Shown piece by piece: positions 39,521 through 54,200 of a DNA stretch of 64,000 bases. The stretch lies in assembly GCA_047495785.1 (NCBI GenBank), contig JBLDXI010000020.1, forward strand, positions 434,001 to 498,000, given 5' to 3'. Position 1 is the first letter of the stretch. Each line of letters begins with the position of its first letter. This DNA is from Lepidodermella squamata (lineage: Eukaryota > Animalia > Gastrotricha). Both the position numbers and the translations under genes were made by a program. The notes below the pieces were generated by a model. It was not told the DNA's origin and searched no databases. It saw only the letters and a program-made list of their open reading frames with translations.

Positions 39521-41132
39521 TCAATCGCTGTCGTTGCTGTTATAAGCTGGAAAATACGAGAAAATTCAGAATAATTTCAAGTTTGAATGAAACTATCATA
39601 CCTGCAGCGAGAGATGAAAGAGCCGAAGTTTTCTTGACAACAACTGTTTCCTGTTTAGTTTTAGACGATGCATCACTCGATCGCAGTCGTTTTACGACAA
39701 CAAATTCTCCAGCAGGGTTCTTCTTTACGACAGGCTCCGCAGCAGGAGGGTTTCTCTCGGTTTTCGCTGCCAGCGGTCGTTTCGAAGTTTGGCCTGGTTG
39801 CTGTGATTGCGGTGTACTGTTGATCTGTACTGTTGATGATGGTCGCTGCTGGTGTGGGAAATTCGCAGACCAACTTATCAAGGTGGACGCCGAGCCCGGG
39901 GGTCGTATCGGCGGCGGGCACGGCGGCGGATTGTAAAAAACGGGGTTCGCATGGCGAGGAAAGTCCCACAGAAACTCAGGCGGGGCAGGCGCCGCATGAG
40001 CAATAGGTGGCAGCATCGCCAGCGGGTACGTAACCGGCGGAATCGGCGGCGGGGGTATTGGGCAAACCGGACCGACTGGGAGCGAGTTCGGAAAATAATA
40101 CGTTGTCGTAGTTGTTGTGGTTATAGTTTCTTGGAGCAGAGGAGGCGACGAGGACGATGAGTAACAGTCAGGCGATGGAATCACCGGCGTGGGCGGCTCT
40201 TGTGTGAAAATGACAACCTGTTGCTGCGTAGGGGCACCGGTTATGCCGTGGTGGTCGGTGATTATGAGCTGAGTAGTTGTAGGCGGCAAGGATGACGGCA
40301 AAACAGCGAGCGGAGGCGGCAGGGGCGGAGGGCCGTACGGCGCGCCACAGCTCGATATCGGCAAGGTTACCGGTGGCGGGTTCAGTAACGCCATGGGTGC
40401 GCCGCTCGCGATAGAAATAGGAGGCGGTGATATCCATTCCGGCTTCTTCGACCTGGATTCATGCCACTGATAATACTGCTGGTGTACCTGGAAAGACATT
40501 GGTATTAGCGAGACTAATTTCATGGGGATATTTCAACGCCGCGTTCTCAAGCTCTAGTTATATTTGATCAACTGCAACTACAATGACGCTATACTACGGT
40601 GTGCAACTCAATCAACTTATACGGAACAAAGATAACTTTTTTCAAAAAATTTGGAGAAAGATAAGAAACCTACTGTTTGAATAAGATTTTCGGCCAATAG
40701 CTTTGCCTGGCTGAGACCCGAAGGTGATTGATGCCTGTAAAAAAAATAGAAATCTTAGAAACAGAATTAAAGTCGTCATTAAATTATTACTGTAATTGAA
40801 TGTGCAGAGCCTCGAAAGCTTCTGTTCCAGAATCCGGTTCCAAGCAGCCGGAACCTTTCCCACGAAGCCAACATTTCGCCCCGGTTAGCTGGATGTGACT
40901 GAGGTACGCATTCTGCCAATTAAACCAATGAAATCGATCAATTTGTCACTTCATTCAAATCACTTACATTTGGTCCAGTTAAACGATTTCTCAGATCGAA
41001 ACTCGCGTCGACATTTTCCAGAGCGACGAATACTTTATCTTGATAAAAATGCGGTTGACTAGAACTCGGATACCCGGGGTGAGCTGGGGGCACCACGCGA
41101 GTAGTAGCCATTACATCTCAAGGTGATAACAC
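39521..41132 (-). CDS. KHDC4: KHDC4/BLOM7-like protein with a single KH domain and Pro-rich tail; start unresolved
   Basis: Spliced sequence [12 protein letters not shown]...[41 protein letters not shown]...[16 protein letters not shown] matches the second KH domain of KHDC4; C-terminus [11 protein letters not shown]-stop. Confidence 0.8.
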
Positions 41133-42237
41133 CTAAATAATAAAAGTGAAAATTGCATGATTAAAATTCAAGTTTACTTTTTCAAAAATGCTTTTCTCCC
41201 ATTTTATGTGTACGTATTCATTTTCAGGTTATACCGAGATAAGAACGTGTGAACATGGCATTCTTCGTAGAGAACACGTAATTAGGTCATCGTAGCCAAG
41301 ATTAATAAATCGAAATGACATCAATTTTGTAAAAGCTCACCCTCCGCACGGTGCAGTAGACAACAACCTCATTTGACAACAATCTCAAGCAGCAACATTG
41401 TCCGGGTCATAATTTTTAAAAGAAGTCGGAAACAGAGAGCGACGCACGAGCCTAGGCGTCGGCAGTGAGCACTGATTTTTACCTGTTCAGTCTGATATGA
41501 ACAGATTTTTCTTGCATAGTATAGTACCATTGTCGAAGTGTTTCGCGGCGAATAACCCGGATATAAAAATTCATGCAATAATTTACAGGTACTTGTGAGA
41601 GATGTTTCAATTATAGGCAAAATATTACGTGCAGAGACGATGATTGTTTGAACAAAGCAATTATTTAATAACAACGCACCAGTTTAGTTAAGAAACGCTC
41701 TTTCCATTATTACAATATATTACTTTCTTATAAACGAGTAATTCTTCTCAGGTTAAAAGTGAACGAATCAAGTAGTTTTGAAGCGCTGTTATATCGAGCC
41801 TTACAGCTGACGCCTCCACGCGATGGACCATCAATTTTTAACACCCTTTTTCAACAAGTATCACCGTGTTACGAATGTAGCAGACAATATATAAAACAAG
41901 GATTAGTCCAACGAGCAGAGGAGAAAATTACAAATCCAAAATATTTGTTCTCTTGATGAAATAAGACATAATTAATCGCTAGGCGCACATCCGTAAACAA
42001 AACATCAATTTAATTCAATAATGAAGTAGCGATTTCCAACCGATTGTGGTTAGTGGTTGATAACATTGTTATTATTTTTTGTAATTAAGAAAGCGATTAA
42101 GTGGAAAAATGGAAGATGGTACGTAGTAGACTTCGAAACAGCAATTGAGAAAAATCTTGAACAAAATTGCGCTTTTACAAAATAGGATTTTCCTTGTTTA
42201 CGCTGTTCACTGGGAATACCAAGAGATTTCGACAGGC

Positions 42238-44794
<2,557 letters not shown>

Positions 44795-45561
44795 AAACGT
44801 ATTAGCTAATTACCTAAATAGAAATTGTATGCACAATTCTATTTTTTGTGCTAACAACACACGATACGTAACTTCAACCAGAACACACAGCGAACATCAC
44901 AGGCAAACAGCGAACGATCTTACGAGTGCTTGTTCGTTGAGGCAGACTCAACTCTCGAATTTTCAAGCAATTACAGATGGGTAACTTCGATACCGTCAGA
45001 TGACGATCGCTTTGCTCGTTCTGAGGTCTGGGTCTTGTTCCTGTCAAACGGCGCACTGTATATTGTATATTAACTTATTGTATTTCCGCAGCCTCGATGC
45101 TTGGCACTTGTTAACTGCAGCTCGCCCCTTGGAGCCGTCCCTGGCTGACAAACGCTTTCGAAACATATAGTCTCAAAACTTGGAGTTCATCTTGATCTCA
45201 CGCCTTCAATCATAGCAAAACTTGCGAAAGTGAATCGGTGCAAAGCTATGAAATAGCAGCTATTTCCGGCTTCAATACGTGAGTTATAGAGTTACACTGT
45301 CACCTGTCGCCTGAATTTATCGATTGTCGATCGTATCGCATATATCGAATTACAACTAGAGAGCTTACTAACCCCAGGGTAAGGACAGTGGGAGAAGAGA
45401 GAGGCTTGACTATGAGGTTTGCTTAAAGGTCTAGATTCTCGATCATACGATACACACCTCGTCGATACCCACATCGAAGTAGCATTTTCGCGAAGGAGAT
45501 GAACGAAAAATAGTGCAATTAACGGTTAACGGCGATTCATAGGTATTTAGTTAAGCTACCC

Positions 45562-45594
45562 GGCAAGCAACTGGCAAGCAACTGGCAAGCAACT
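45562..45594. repeat. Tandem repeat (GGCAAGCAACT)x3
   Basis: Three exact 11-nt units in the PI4KB/Bcl-2 divergent intergenic region. Confidence 0.9.
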
Positions 45595-46321
45595 ATGCGG
45601 CATGAAAAATGCGATCACAAACTAAAACTTGGAGGATTCTTTTTCTTGAGTTTTTCAGTTTTCGGAGTTCCGTCGTTTCTTACCTCTCATTCGAAAATCG
45701 GGAAATAATAAATATTAAATTTTGTTGCCCAATGAGGATTCTAAATAAGCAGTTTTATTTGTACACACGACGAATATTCTGTAGAAAACATGCGTGACTT
45801 ACAACCATTTATATTTTGGATTTTTGGCGCGCACACGAAAACAGTGCGACGATGATTTTAGTATATACCCGCTTTTGTCTTTTGTCCTACTGTTTCCACC
45901 TGCTTAGGTGTGCCCTGCCACTTCCCAGATCACTAATCCTGCTAAACATGACCAGCTTTTGTTTATACTATACATTTGTATAATTGTCTACTTCTGTATA
46001 TCAAATTGAACGCGCTGCGCCAGACGGTAAGCCACTAATGACGAGTTTCGGACCGAGTTTAACTTTTTTACGTGCTTTTCTATTTTCCACTTGTATTTAC
46101 ATTAAGCTTAGCATTTTTTGAAGTGCAGCCTTTTGAATTAATCAAATATGTGAAGGTGCGTACATATTTAAGAAAACCACATGCAGCTTATTTGTTACAG
46201 TGGTATCACATATCGTCCCAGTCTCTGGGATGGAAGATGGAATTCGTATCGCTGGCCCTGCCTTGGCTTTCTTCTAGCCATTTTGTAACTTATTTGCGTT
46301 ATTTCTAGAATAGGCATTCAG

Positions 46322-47106
46322 ATGCCATTTTCAGAAGTGACTTTGGCACAGGAACTACCTCCTGTTGGAGTTCAGAGCGTTGAAAATCACGCGAGTGGCA
46401 TTGTTCAGTCTTATCTTCATTACCGCCTAACTCGTGATCACATTCACTATGACAGCGAAGCTCCTTTGCCGAGCTTAGAAGACGAGCTGGATGAGGATTA
46501 TTTGTCGGAGCGTCACACGGGTCAACGACTCGCTGTGCTCTCAGAGCAAATCGAACAAGCCAATGGGAGAGATCTGGAGAGCCTCGTTCAGGTCTGAGGC
46601 GCTTTACATTTGAATGGCAGTTAGCAAGAGCTCATTGTTATTTTATTACAGAGCGTTCTTCATTTGACTGGGCCTTCTTCCTCCGATGGTATTTTATATA
46701 GTCTTAAATGGTGACAAGATTCTTAGCATATTGATGTTATATAGATGATTGGTTCACGGCTTTTCGGCTTGTCATTGATGGAGTTCTCGTTGGAGAATTT
46801 TCGTGGACGAAGCTTGTTTTAGTGTTTTGCTTCGGGTATCGACTTATTCAAAAAGCATGGACCAATGGGTGGCGTTCTGCGCTTACCCTTGCCTCTGCCG
46901 CTCTTGTGCGGTATCTCACACAGGAAAACGTGTTACGATGGATCGCACAGCATGGCGGATGGCTGGCTGCCAACTGTTTGCATGTTGCAAAAACTATGGA
47001 TCTCAAAAGCACGATAGCTCTCAGCGTCGGCACCGGAATCGCGGCGGCTTTGTTGTCCCTATCTGTTGTGTTTTTTGTTCGACGCCGGGCGCTTTCTCCT
47101 CCCTAG
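46322..47106 (+). CDS. Divergent Bcl-2 family protein, Bax/Bak-like (3 coding exons)
   Basis: BH3-like RLAVLSEQIE, BH1-like GEFSWTKLVLVFCFG, BH2 WIAQHGGW and a C-terminal TM anchor followed by RRR. Confidence 0.8.
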
Positions 47107-47299
47107 CTCATCTAATTAATTTTAAACCTTTTATGGCATAATCTTCAAAACTCATAATGTTTAAAACTTCTCAATTTTTCAGCTTTCATTTTCACTGATT
47201 GTTCGTCAGATTGTGAAAATAAAATACTTGTTTATTGAAGGCCCGATCTAATATTTTATCTTATTGCGTTTGCAATTTTCATAGGAGTAATAGCAAAAT

Positions 47300-50200
47300 A
47301 TGTCGCGTAAAGCTCGCCTGGTGGCTACTCGTGAGGTGCTTGCCGATTTGAATGAATCCGTGAAAAAATGTCTGGCGACTGATGCAGAAGAACTTTTCTC
47401 GTTGGCTGTCGGTTTCAAATCAGCTCTTCTGGAAACAGATTCTAATTTGTCCAGAATGATCACCATTATTGATTCCGATCGCTTTCCTGATTGCAAGAAA
47501 CTTCAAGGTCAAATTCTTGAATTAGAAAGCCTTGCTGTTCCCAGCATTGTCGACGAAGTTCGAAAACTGAAAGAAATGACCATGAAGGATCTTACGCAAA
47601 GTATAGTTGAAATCCAAAAATCCTTTCAAAACCAAAATTGCGTTGCGTTTTCAGTTCAGAAGTCGATCGCCGAGTGTCATGATCGAATGGCTGAAAAGTT
47701 GAAAACTAACTTCAGCGATGAAGATTTTAGGTCGATTTTGGCTTCATCTGTCGCTCCTACTAGAGTAGAGCCACTACAGGCTGTACCTGCCAGTATGTCG
47801 AATGCGTCTTCCAAAACTGTCACGCCAGTTCCGAGTGTGCTGGCAAAGGTGCCAGTTCAAACTCAGCAGCCAGCAAAACCTCAGCCTTCGCCGAAAAGAG
47901 AGCCAGTTGAGCAACAGAGACCTGTTTCTGCATCAGAGATTCGAATGGCAGTCAGAAACATGGTTTGAATAAAAAATTATGTATGGATAATTGCATTAAC
48001 TTGGTTCTACAGGCAAAAAATCAGAAGACTGAGGAAGAAATCGAAGACTTGCTGAATGCTATCCCCAGTCACTCTCCAGCATTTGTCGACGAGTGGGAGA
48101 ACGAGCCTTCTTCTACCCATTACGAGCATGATGATAGTGACGAAATTTACCCTGAAGATTCTGTTTCTAATGTTGGTTCACCCTCACTTCGCCGTGCCAA
48201 CTCATCGAATATCAACAAGCCATCAACTGCTCCTATCAACCCTGTTCGAATCACTCTTTCGAGCCTTCAGGCAAACTGTGCCAGAATAGTGGTTGGCTTA
48301 AAATTATTTGACGATTGCCATTTGCAGTGTAATTTTTGTTCAGGTTCCCCGGCGTGATTACAAAGAAGGCGACTCAATTCTTGGCGTGACTTGCGAGTGG
48401 ATTAGTGAGCAATTCCATCCGTACAAATTTTGGCTTCGCGTCGTTGATCCTCAATATGACCTGTTGCACAAGAAAATCTCATCACACAAACAAAATACTC
48501 GCCTGATTTCTGCTGAAGTAATAGGCAAGAGACTGTATTGCCTGGCTAAATACCAGGGCGATTGGTACCGAGCTTACATTTTGGGTAATCAGCCACCTTG
48601 AATTTAACCTGTTAAACTGTTTAGTTACATTTATCAAGGCGTCGATCAAGATTTTGCCACTGTTATTTTCATCGACTATGGAAATACTGAGCGAGTTGAT
48701 TTCAAAGAAATCGCTGAATTGCCCCAAGACTTGGCCGAGCTCCCCTGGCAAGCTTTCTGGGTCGCGCTTGGCTCTGTCAAGCCGCCAAGAAATCTCGGAA
48801 ATCCGAACAAATGCGACGGCTGGCCGGCTGAGACGAAAGCGTTCATGGAAGAAGTTTTCTCAGATTTGGAATACTCGATTGACTGTCGCATAGTTGGCTC
48901 AATCTCCAACAGGGTGCCATACGTTGTTACTATTCGGATGAACAAATTCGGTCAGGCGTCATTTCTATCACGTCTTCTCCGCGACCGCAACCTCGCATTG
49001 CCAGTCGTAAGTGACGCGATTAACATTTCACGTTTTATTAATAAAATTAAATATATTTCAGGAAAAAGCCGAGCAGTTCGATTTGCTGACCTCAAAAGCC
49101 ACCACTTCTGGTGCGGAATAAAAAATTGACTATTTTGTTTTAGTTTTTGTTTTGTTTTTCTGATTATATTTCTCCTGATTCGGATTAGCTTATTGAATTC
49201 TGTTCTTTTACTAGGCGTGGAATCAGTCTCGAAGGCTGTTACTCCTAGCGTTCACCCACAGGCTCCGCCTGTTCCTCATACCGCTCCATCTCAGCCAACT
49301 GCTCGTGTTCAACCTGTTGCACCGTTGCAGCGTTTGGCATCACTGGACCCAAATCTCTTGAACCCAGAAAAATCTCAAGCGAAGCCAGAGCATTCGTCTT
49401 CACCCACGTACTCACTACCAACCGTTGCGACCGCCTTTAATTCCGTAGTCGTGCATAACGGTAAGCCTATCGACCTCACCCCGCCCATACCAGTCGACAG
49501 AGAATTCAACGTGAAAATCACTGTCTTCGAACTGAGCGATGATTTCTACGTGCAACTGGCCGAGGGTCCTTACTTGCAGCCGAAGCTGTTTGTCGACCAA
49601 GATCTGGCCAAGAAATGCTGCGAAAAAGGCGATGCCACCGTTCGCCCTGGCCGTTATGTTGTCTACTATTCGCCGACGCGGTCTCTTTATGCCCGAGGAA
49701 AGATACTGTCGATTTCAAAAGATGGCGTTTCGTTGGAAATTCTCGACGTGGACACTGGCATCCTGGAGCGTGATATCGAATTTCCCGGTCAGATTGGCTC
49801 TTTGCCTCGAGAATTTGAAGCGTGCAATCGTATCTCTATCCGAGTCCGCCTGGATCGTCCTAGCGATAGTCATTCCTTACGATCGGATATTAAGGTGGGA
49901 GTGAAATTTCGCGATTACTAATGATATATTCTTGAAATTCATTGCAGAGTTTTTTCAAACTCCGTTTGAGCGATAAAATCTTGTCTGCTGAAGTGTCGCC
50001 AACTGCCGTATTCGAAAAGGCATCCTTGTATCGCACCAGCGCAGAACCCCTTCCAGTCATCATCAAGCTGATCGATGGAAAGAAGAAAACCGACATCAGC
50101 GAACTCGTCTTCATTTCGCCAGGTCAAAGACATTGAGATAATATTACGCATTCATCAATGAACTGTGAAATTACTCGCGCGATTGCTCAAAATTCAATAA

Positions 50201-51299
50201 ATATTTGTTTCTGCTTATCTCACCTGTCTTTTTGAACTATTTTTATTTTACAGAAGATCAATGCAAAGACTCTTCCCCTACGATGAATGAACCTTCTGTG
50301 GAGTGGAAATTTGACGACCAATACACCGAAAGGAATCAACTCGCGAGCGGAGGCATGGACTGGAAGTTTGCTGATGATTCCTCGGATGACTCTGAGGGGG
50401 ATGATCTCACGTGCCCATCCGATCCTGAGCGTTATCTACTTGGATTCACGCCCAAAGATGACGAAAAAATCTGCAAACACTTTCGGAAAACTGGCTCATG
50501 CCCTCGGGGCCAGTATTGCAACTTCAAACACATTCAATTGCCGCCATACCGGAGCACAGCTGAGCAGGAGGAATTCGGCGTTGTTGGTGCGGAACAACTA
50601 GAAGATGGCTCTCGAGTATGTTTGCGTCTTCCATGCGATTGGGAGGATTCGTTTTCCACCGAGCTGAAAAATCATCCCTCCGCCGGTGTCGTGCCGCTTT
50701 GGTTCCAGCTGCCCCAGGGCAGTGCGAATTGGCTGAACAAAGAGGGCCGTTTGATTGATGAAATGGAACGCGTTGATGTTACCGACTACGAGGGGCAGTA
50801 TTTGCAGATGGAAATCGAAATGTCTGAAGCGTATTTTTCTCGCGAGACTGTCTCCATGGCGGAACAAGCTGCTCGGCTGATCCCCACGCCTCAAATGAAC
50901 GTCGCAGTTCGAGTTTCACCTCGCCTCTTAGGTTCAGATGAGGACAATGATCAAAAATTGGCTTGGGTCCGAGGCGTTGTCGTCGAAACGATGCGTGACG
51001 ATTTCCATGCGAAAATCAGGCTGCATGACTATGGGCACATTGTTGTTGTGTCTGCTGAACATATCCGGCCATTGGAGGAACGTTTTGCTCATCAACTGCC
51101 GAGTCTCTCTACGCTGACCTATGTGGACCGAAACTCAGCGGAGAACTTCTACATTACCCACAAAGGCAATCATGATTCGGACTATCTTGTGCTATGCGAC
51201 GTCATCTCAAATGATCCTATTGCGGATGTACCTGTTGTCAAGTTGCTCACGGTTACTCGCAATCGATTCAACGATCAAGTCGTCATAAAACAATTTTGA
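47300..51299 (+). CDS. Multi-Tudor plus CCCH zinc-finger protein, Krimper-like (about 8 exons)
   Basis: Helical N-terminus; extended Tudor CLAKYQGDWYRAYI..VIFIDYGN; second degenerate Tudor; CCCH CKHFRKTGSCPRGQYCNFKH; third Tudor WVRGVV..IRLHDYGH. Confidence 0.8.
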
Positions 51300-54200
51300 G
51301 GTCAAAAACAGAATTTCTATTATTTTTGTGCTTGTGATTTAGATTAGCAGTTGTTCATGATGAAGTAATAAAGCAAACAATATGTAAATCGGCTGTGAAC
51401 TGAATGTTTTTCTCAAGATTTCCATGTCTGATTTCAACTAGATTTTAATGGATTCATGAATCCTTATACGGCCTGATATGTCGAATGAAAGGAGCTATTA
51501 CGCGGTTGGATGATTTTTTCATTGTATCGCGGTAATATATAAGCCTCAAACATCGTACCCTGAGAGCGGTGGAATGATTTTCAAGGGCAATTCAGCGAGG
51601 AGTTGCATTTTTTGCGCCATTCACGTTTGCAAATATATCGCTTATTTAATGCAATAATAAGTATATGCTGATAATCATAATACTATATCTGCGCCACGGT
51701 GACTGCTGCTGCTGTGTTTGACTTTGGCTATCATGCCAGGCCGGTGATCGATCGCCCGCAAAGCGCTGACGATTTATTGCTGTCGCGTCGCTATTTTATT
51801 CGGCTTGTGTTTTTTCTGAATTGACTCTCGCTTCCTATCGCTGCCCCGATGCTTAGAGGATTCGCATTTCGATTACGTTGGTGCTTAGTAAAAACGGAAC
51901 TGAGCTTGACTACATTATACATTATACTATTACGGTGATACGCTTTTATTTCGTGCTTCGCCTCAATGGCGACGGAAACAATCAAGCGGTTTTCTCGCTC
52001 TCTTTCGGTCCTTCAAGTTTGTCGGCAACGATAAGTTTAGGCTTTTTCACGAGAATACATCGCTCGAGCTGTTATAGCAACAAATCAAAATCACGTATAA
52101 TACGCCAACTCAAGTCTACCTTAGTTTTCGACCTCGTAGCGCTATAAGCTCGAATTTTATATAATTATCCGGAACCAAATGCAACATTTTGCTGCCATCG
52201 CGCATCTCCGCTGTTTCTGCAAGTGGCAATTGTCATCGCAATCTGGTATTGACAGCTGCGTTGCTTTTATCAACAAATTGAATGAGTTTTCATGCCCTTC
52301 GTCGATTGCCAGTCTTTTTTTTAACGCTCAACAAGTGACAGCTTTTAGTCTCGTCATTTGGGAGGGCAAGAATCGCGCCATCGATTATTTGTCACCATAT
52401 TTAGCCAGCTTTTTCGCGTGCGGCTGAGCCTCAAACACGTAATCCACGCCGATTCATTTCTCGTAAAAATCAAGTCTTTAGAAATTTACTACGATCCCGC
52501 TTTGTTTTATCTGCGCTAAATCACCTGAGTGCGAATTGGCGTGACTCGATTTAGTATTCGTTGATTGCTCGATCGGGGCTTGAGATCATAAGAAAACGAA
52601 ATAAACCTAGAACTGAGCTGCAGTCGGTCATTCATATAAAATCTCTCTATCCTGCGGAGCCGTGTTTCTTTGTATTTCCCGGATATAGTGGATCTTTTGA
52701 GGTGCACATTCATGTAATGAAGCATTTATTTCTGAACATTTAATAACTAGTATAAAACGCTTTGACACGCTCATATTATATGCCATGTTCACGACGATAA
52801 TGATGATGTTAGCGGCAGCCGCGGAAGGACGACGGTAGGCAAAGACATGCGCGTGCCCGAATTCGCGCAGGTACTTGTGCGCGATGGGAGGCAAGTGACG
52901 GCTTATAAAAAAGTCTGCACGAATGTCGCGATTGGAACACATAGTAATATGTTTGTTGGATAGCGGTAGATGGCTCGCATGCGCACAGGTGTATTCGTCC
53001 TAGTCGCCAAAATGTCGATATGCCGGTAAAGAACACACAACGGGCTCGCAGTCCCATGTCAGTTGGCAACATTTTTATTGCAGCGATAAACTGTGTCTAC
53101 CGGCCTATTTTGTTTTATAAAGCTTGACTTGCCAGCCGCCGCACTGCGTTTGTGGCTTGCCTCGATCGGCGGTAGCGATTCACTGCTAACGCCCATTCCC
53201 ACCGCAATTCATGTATAAAATTCAACTCGTAAAGGCTGTGTTCTGCATTCACTATCTGCATCATCTGAGAGCGATTCATATTCAATTTTAATTGCCTACC
53301 TATATTACTGTAATAGCAATTAACATGCAGTAGTGCAGCCTCGGTCTCAAGTGATTCGATTTTTACTTGACCGCGTTTTTGTAGTCAAACGTATTAGCCT
53401 CTACTCGTATATTGCAAAAATGTTAGGTATTATTCATTCAGTCCCGTCCTATCCTCAAACCCTGCGTGCATGAACATATAAATTGAATTAATTTTTTGCC
53501 GATAAATCTCTAGCCCGGCACGTTTAGGTAAAATTTTTATTGCATCAATGGGAAATACCTTTACTGAGTGATTCGTCCGTCAGTTTTATTGCCGCCCCAG
53601 TACACATTTATCGCAGCCGGCCGTATTTATAGGTCTACTTCGTTTCTTTGACAGTCGGCGAAAAGCGCGGGCCTTGGGTCTTAATTGCGCGTAGACAGCG
53701 ATGATTTTTAGCATCATCGATTGATGACGGCTATCTTTTAAACGTCAAAACGGTACAAGACCGAGGCTCGTCGGATGATTTCATGAGATTAACTTCATAT
53801 TAAACGATGGCGCCGTCATGTTGCGTTTTTTCAGATTTGATGCGGCATTGATGATAATAATAATGATGATATATTATTAGTTGTTATTGCAGTACGCCGC
53901 GCTGTCTCAATAATTTGATGCTAATATAGTAGCACTCGAGCTTATAAAATAATGCATTGTTCATTTACATAGGTTGACGCGTCTAGCAGCGTTTTTTGCC
54001 ATGCGGAAGAAAGCGCGCGGCGTTGGCGCTGTTTCGCTGTTCGCCGCTCGTCGCAAGCTTATACTCTTCACTCACAGGATCAGGGCATCGATGAGCTCAT
54101 CCGGGCGACTTCAAGTATTCGCTAGACAACGCCTGTTATTATTACGGCGCGGCTGCGATCGCCTCAATAATATCACCGCTGAGTTTCGTATATCGATAGA

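Noticed and set aside
45562-45594. CRISPR-like array
   Set aside because: Contiguous 11-nt tandem repeat without spacers in a eukaryotic genome.
51356-51432. ATGATGA...CTGA pair after the Tudor gene (similar C-box-like motifs near 4694, 33158 and 37328)
   Set aside because: Overlaps the poly(A) signal or lacks a D box; no recognisable rRNA or snRNA complementarity.
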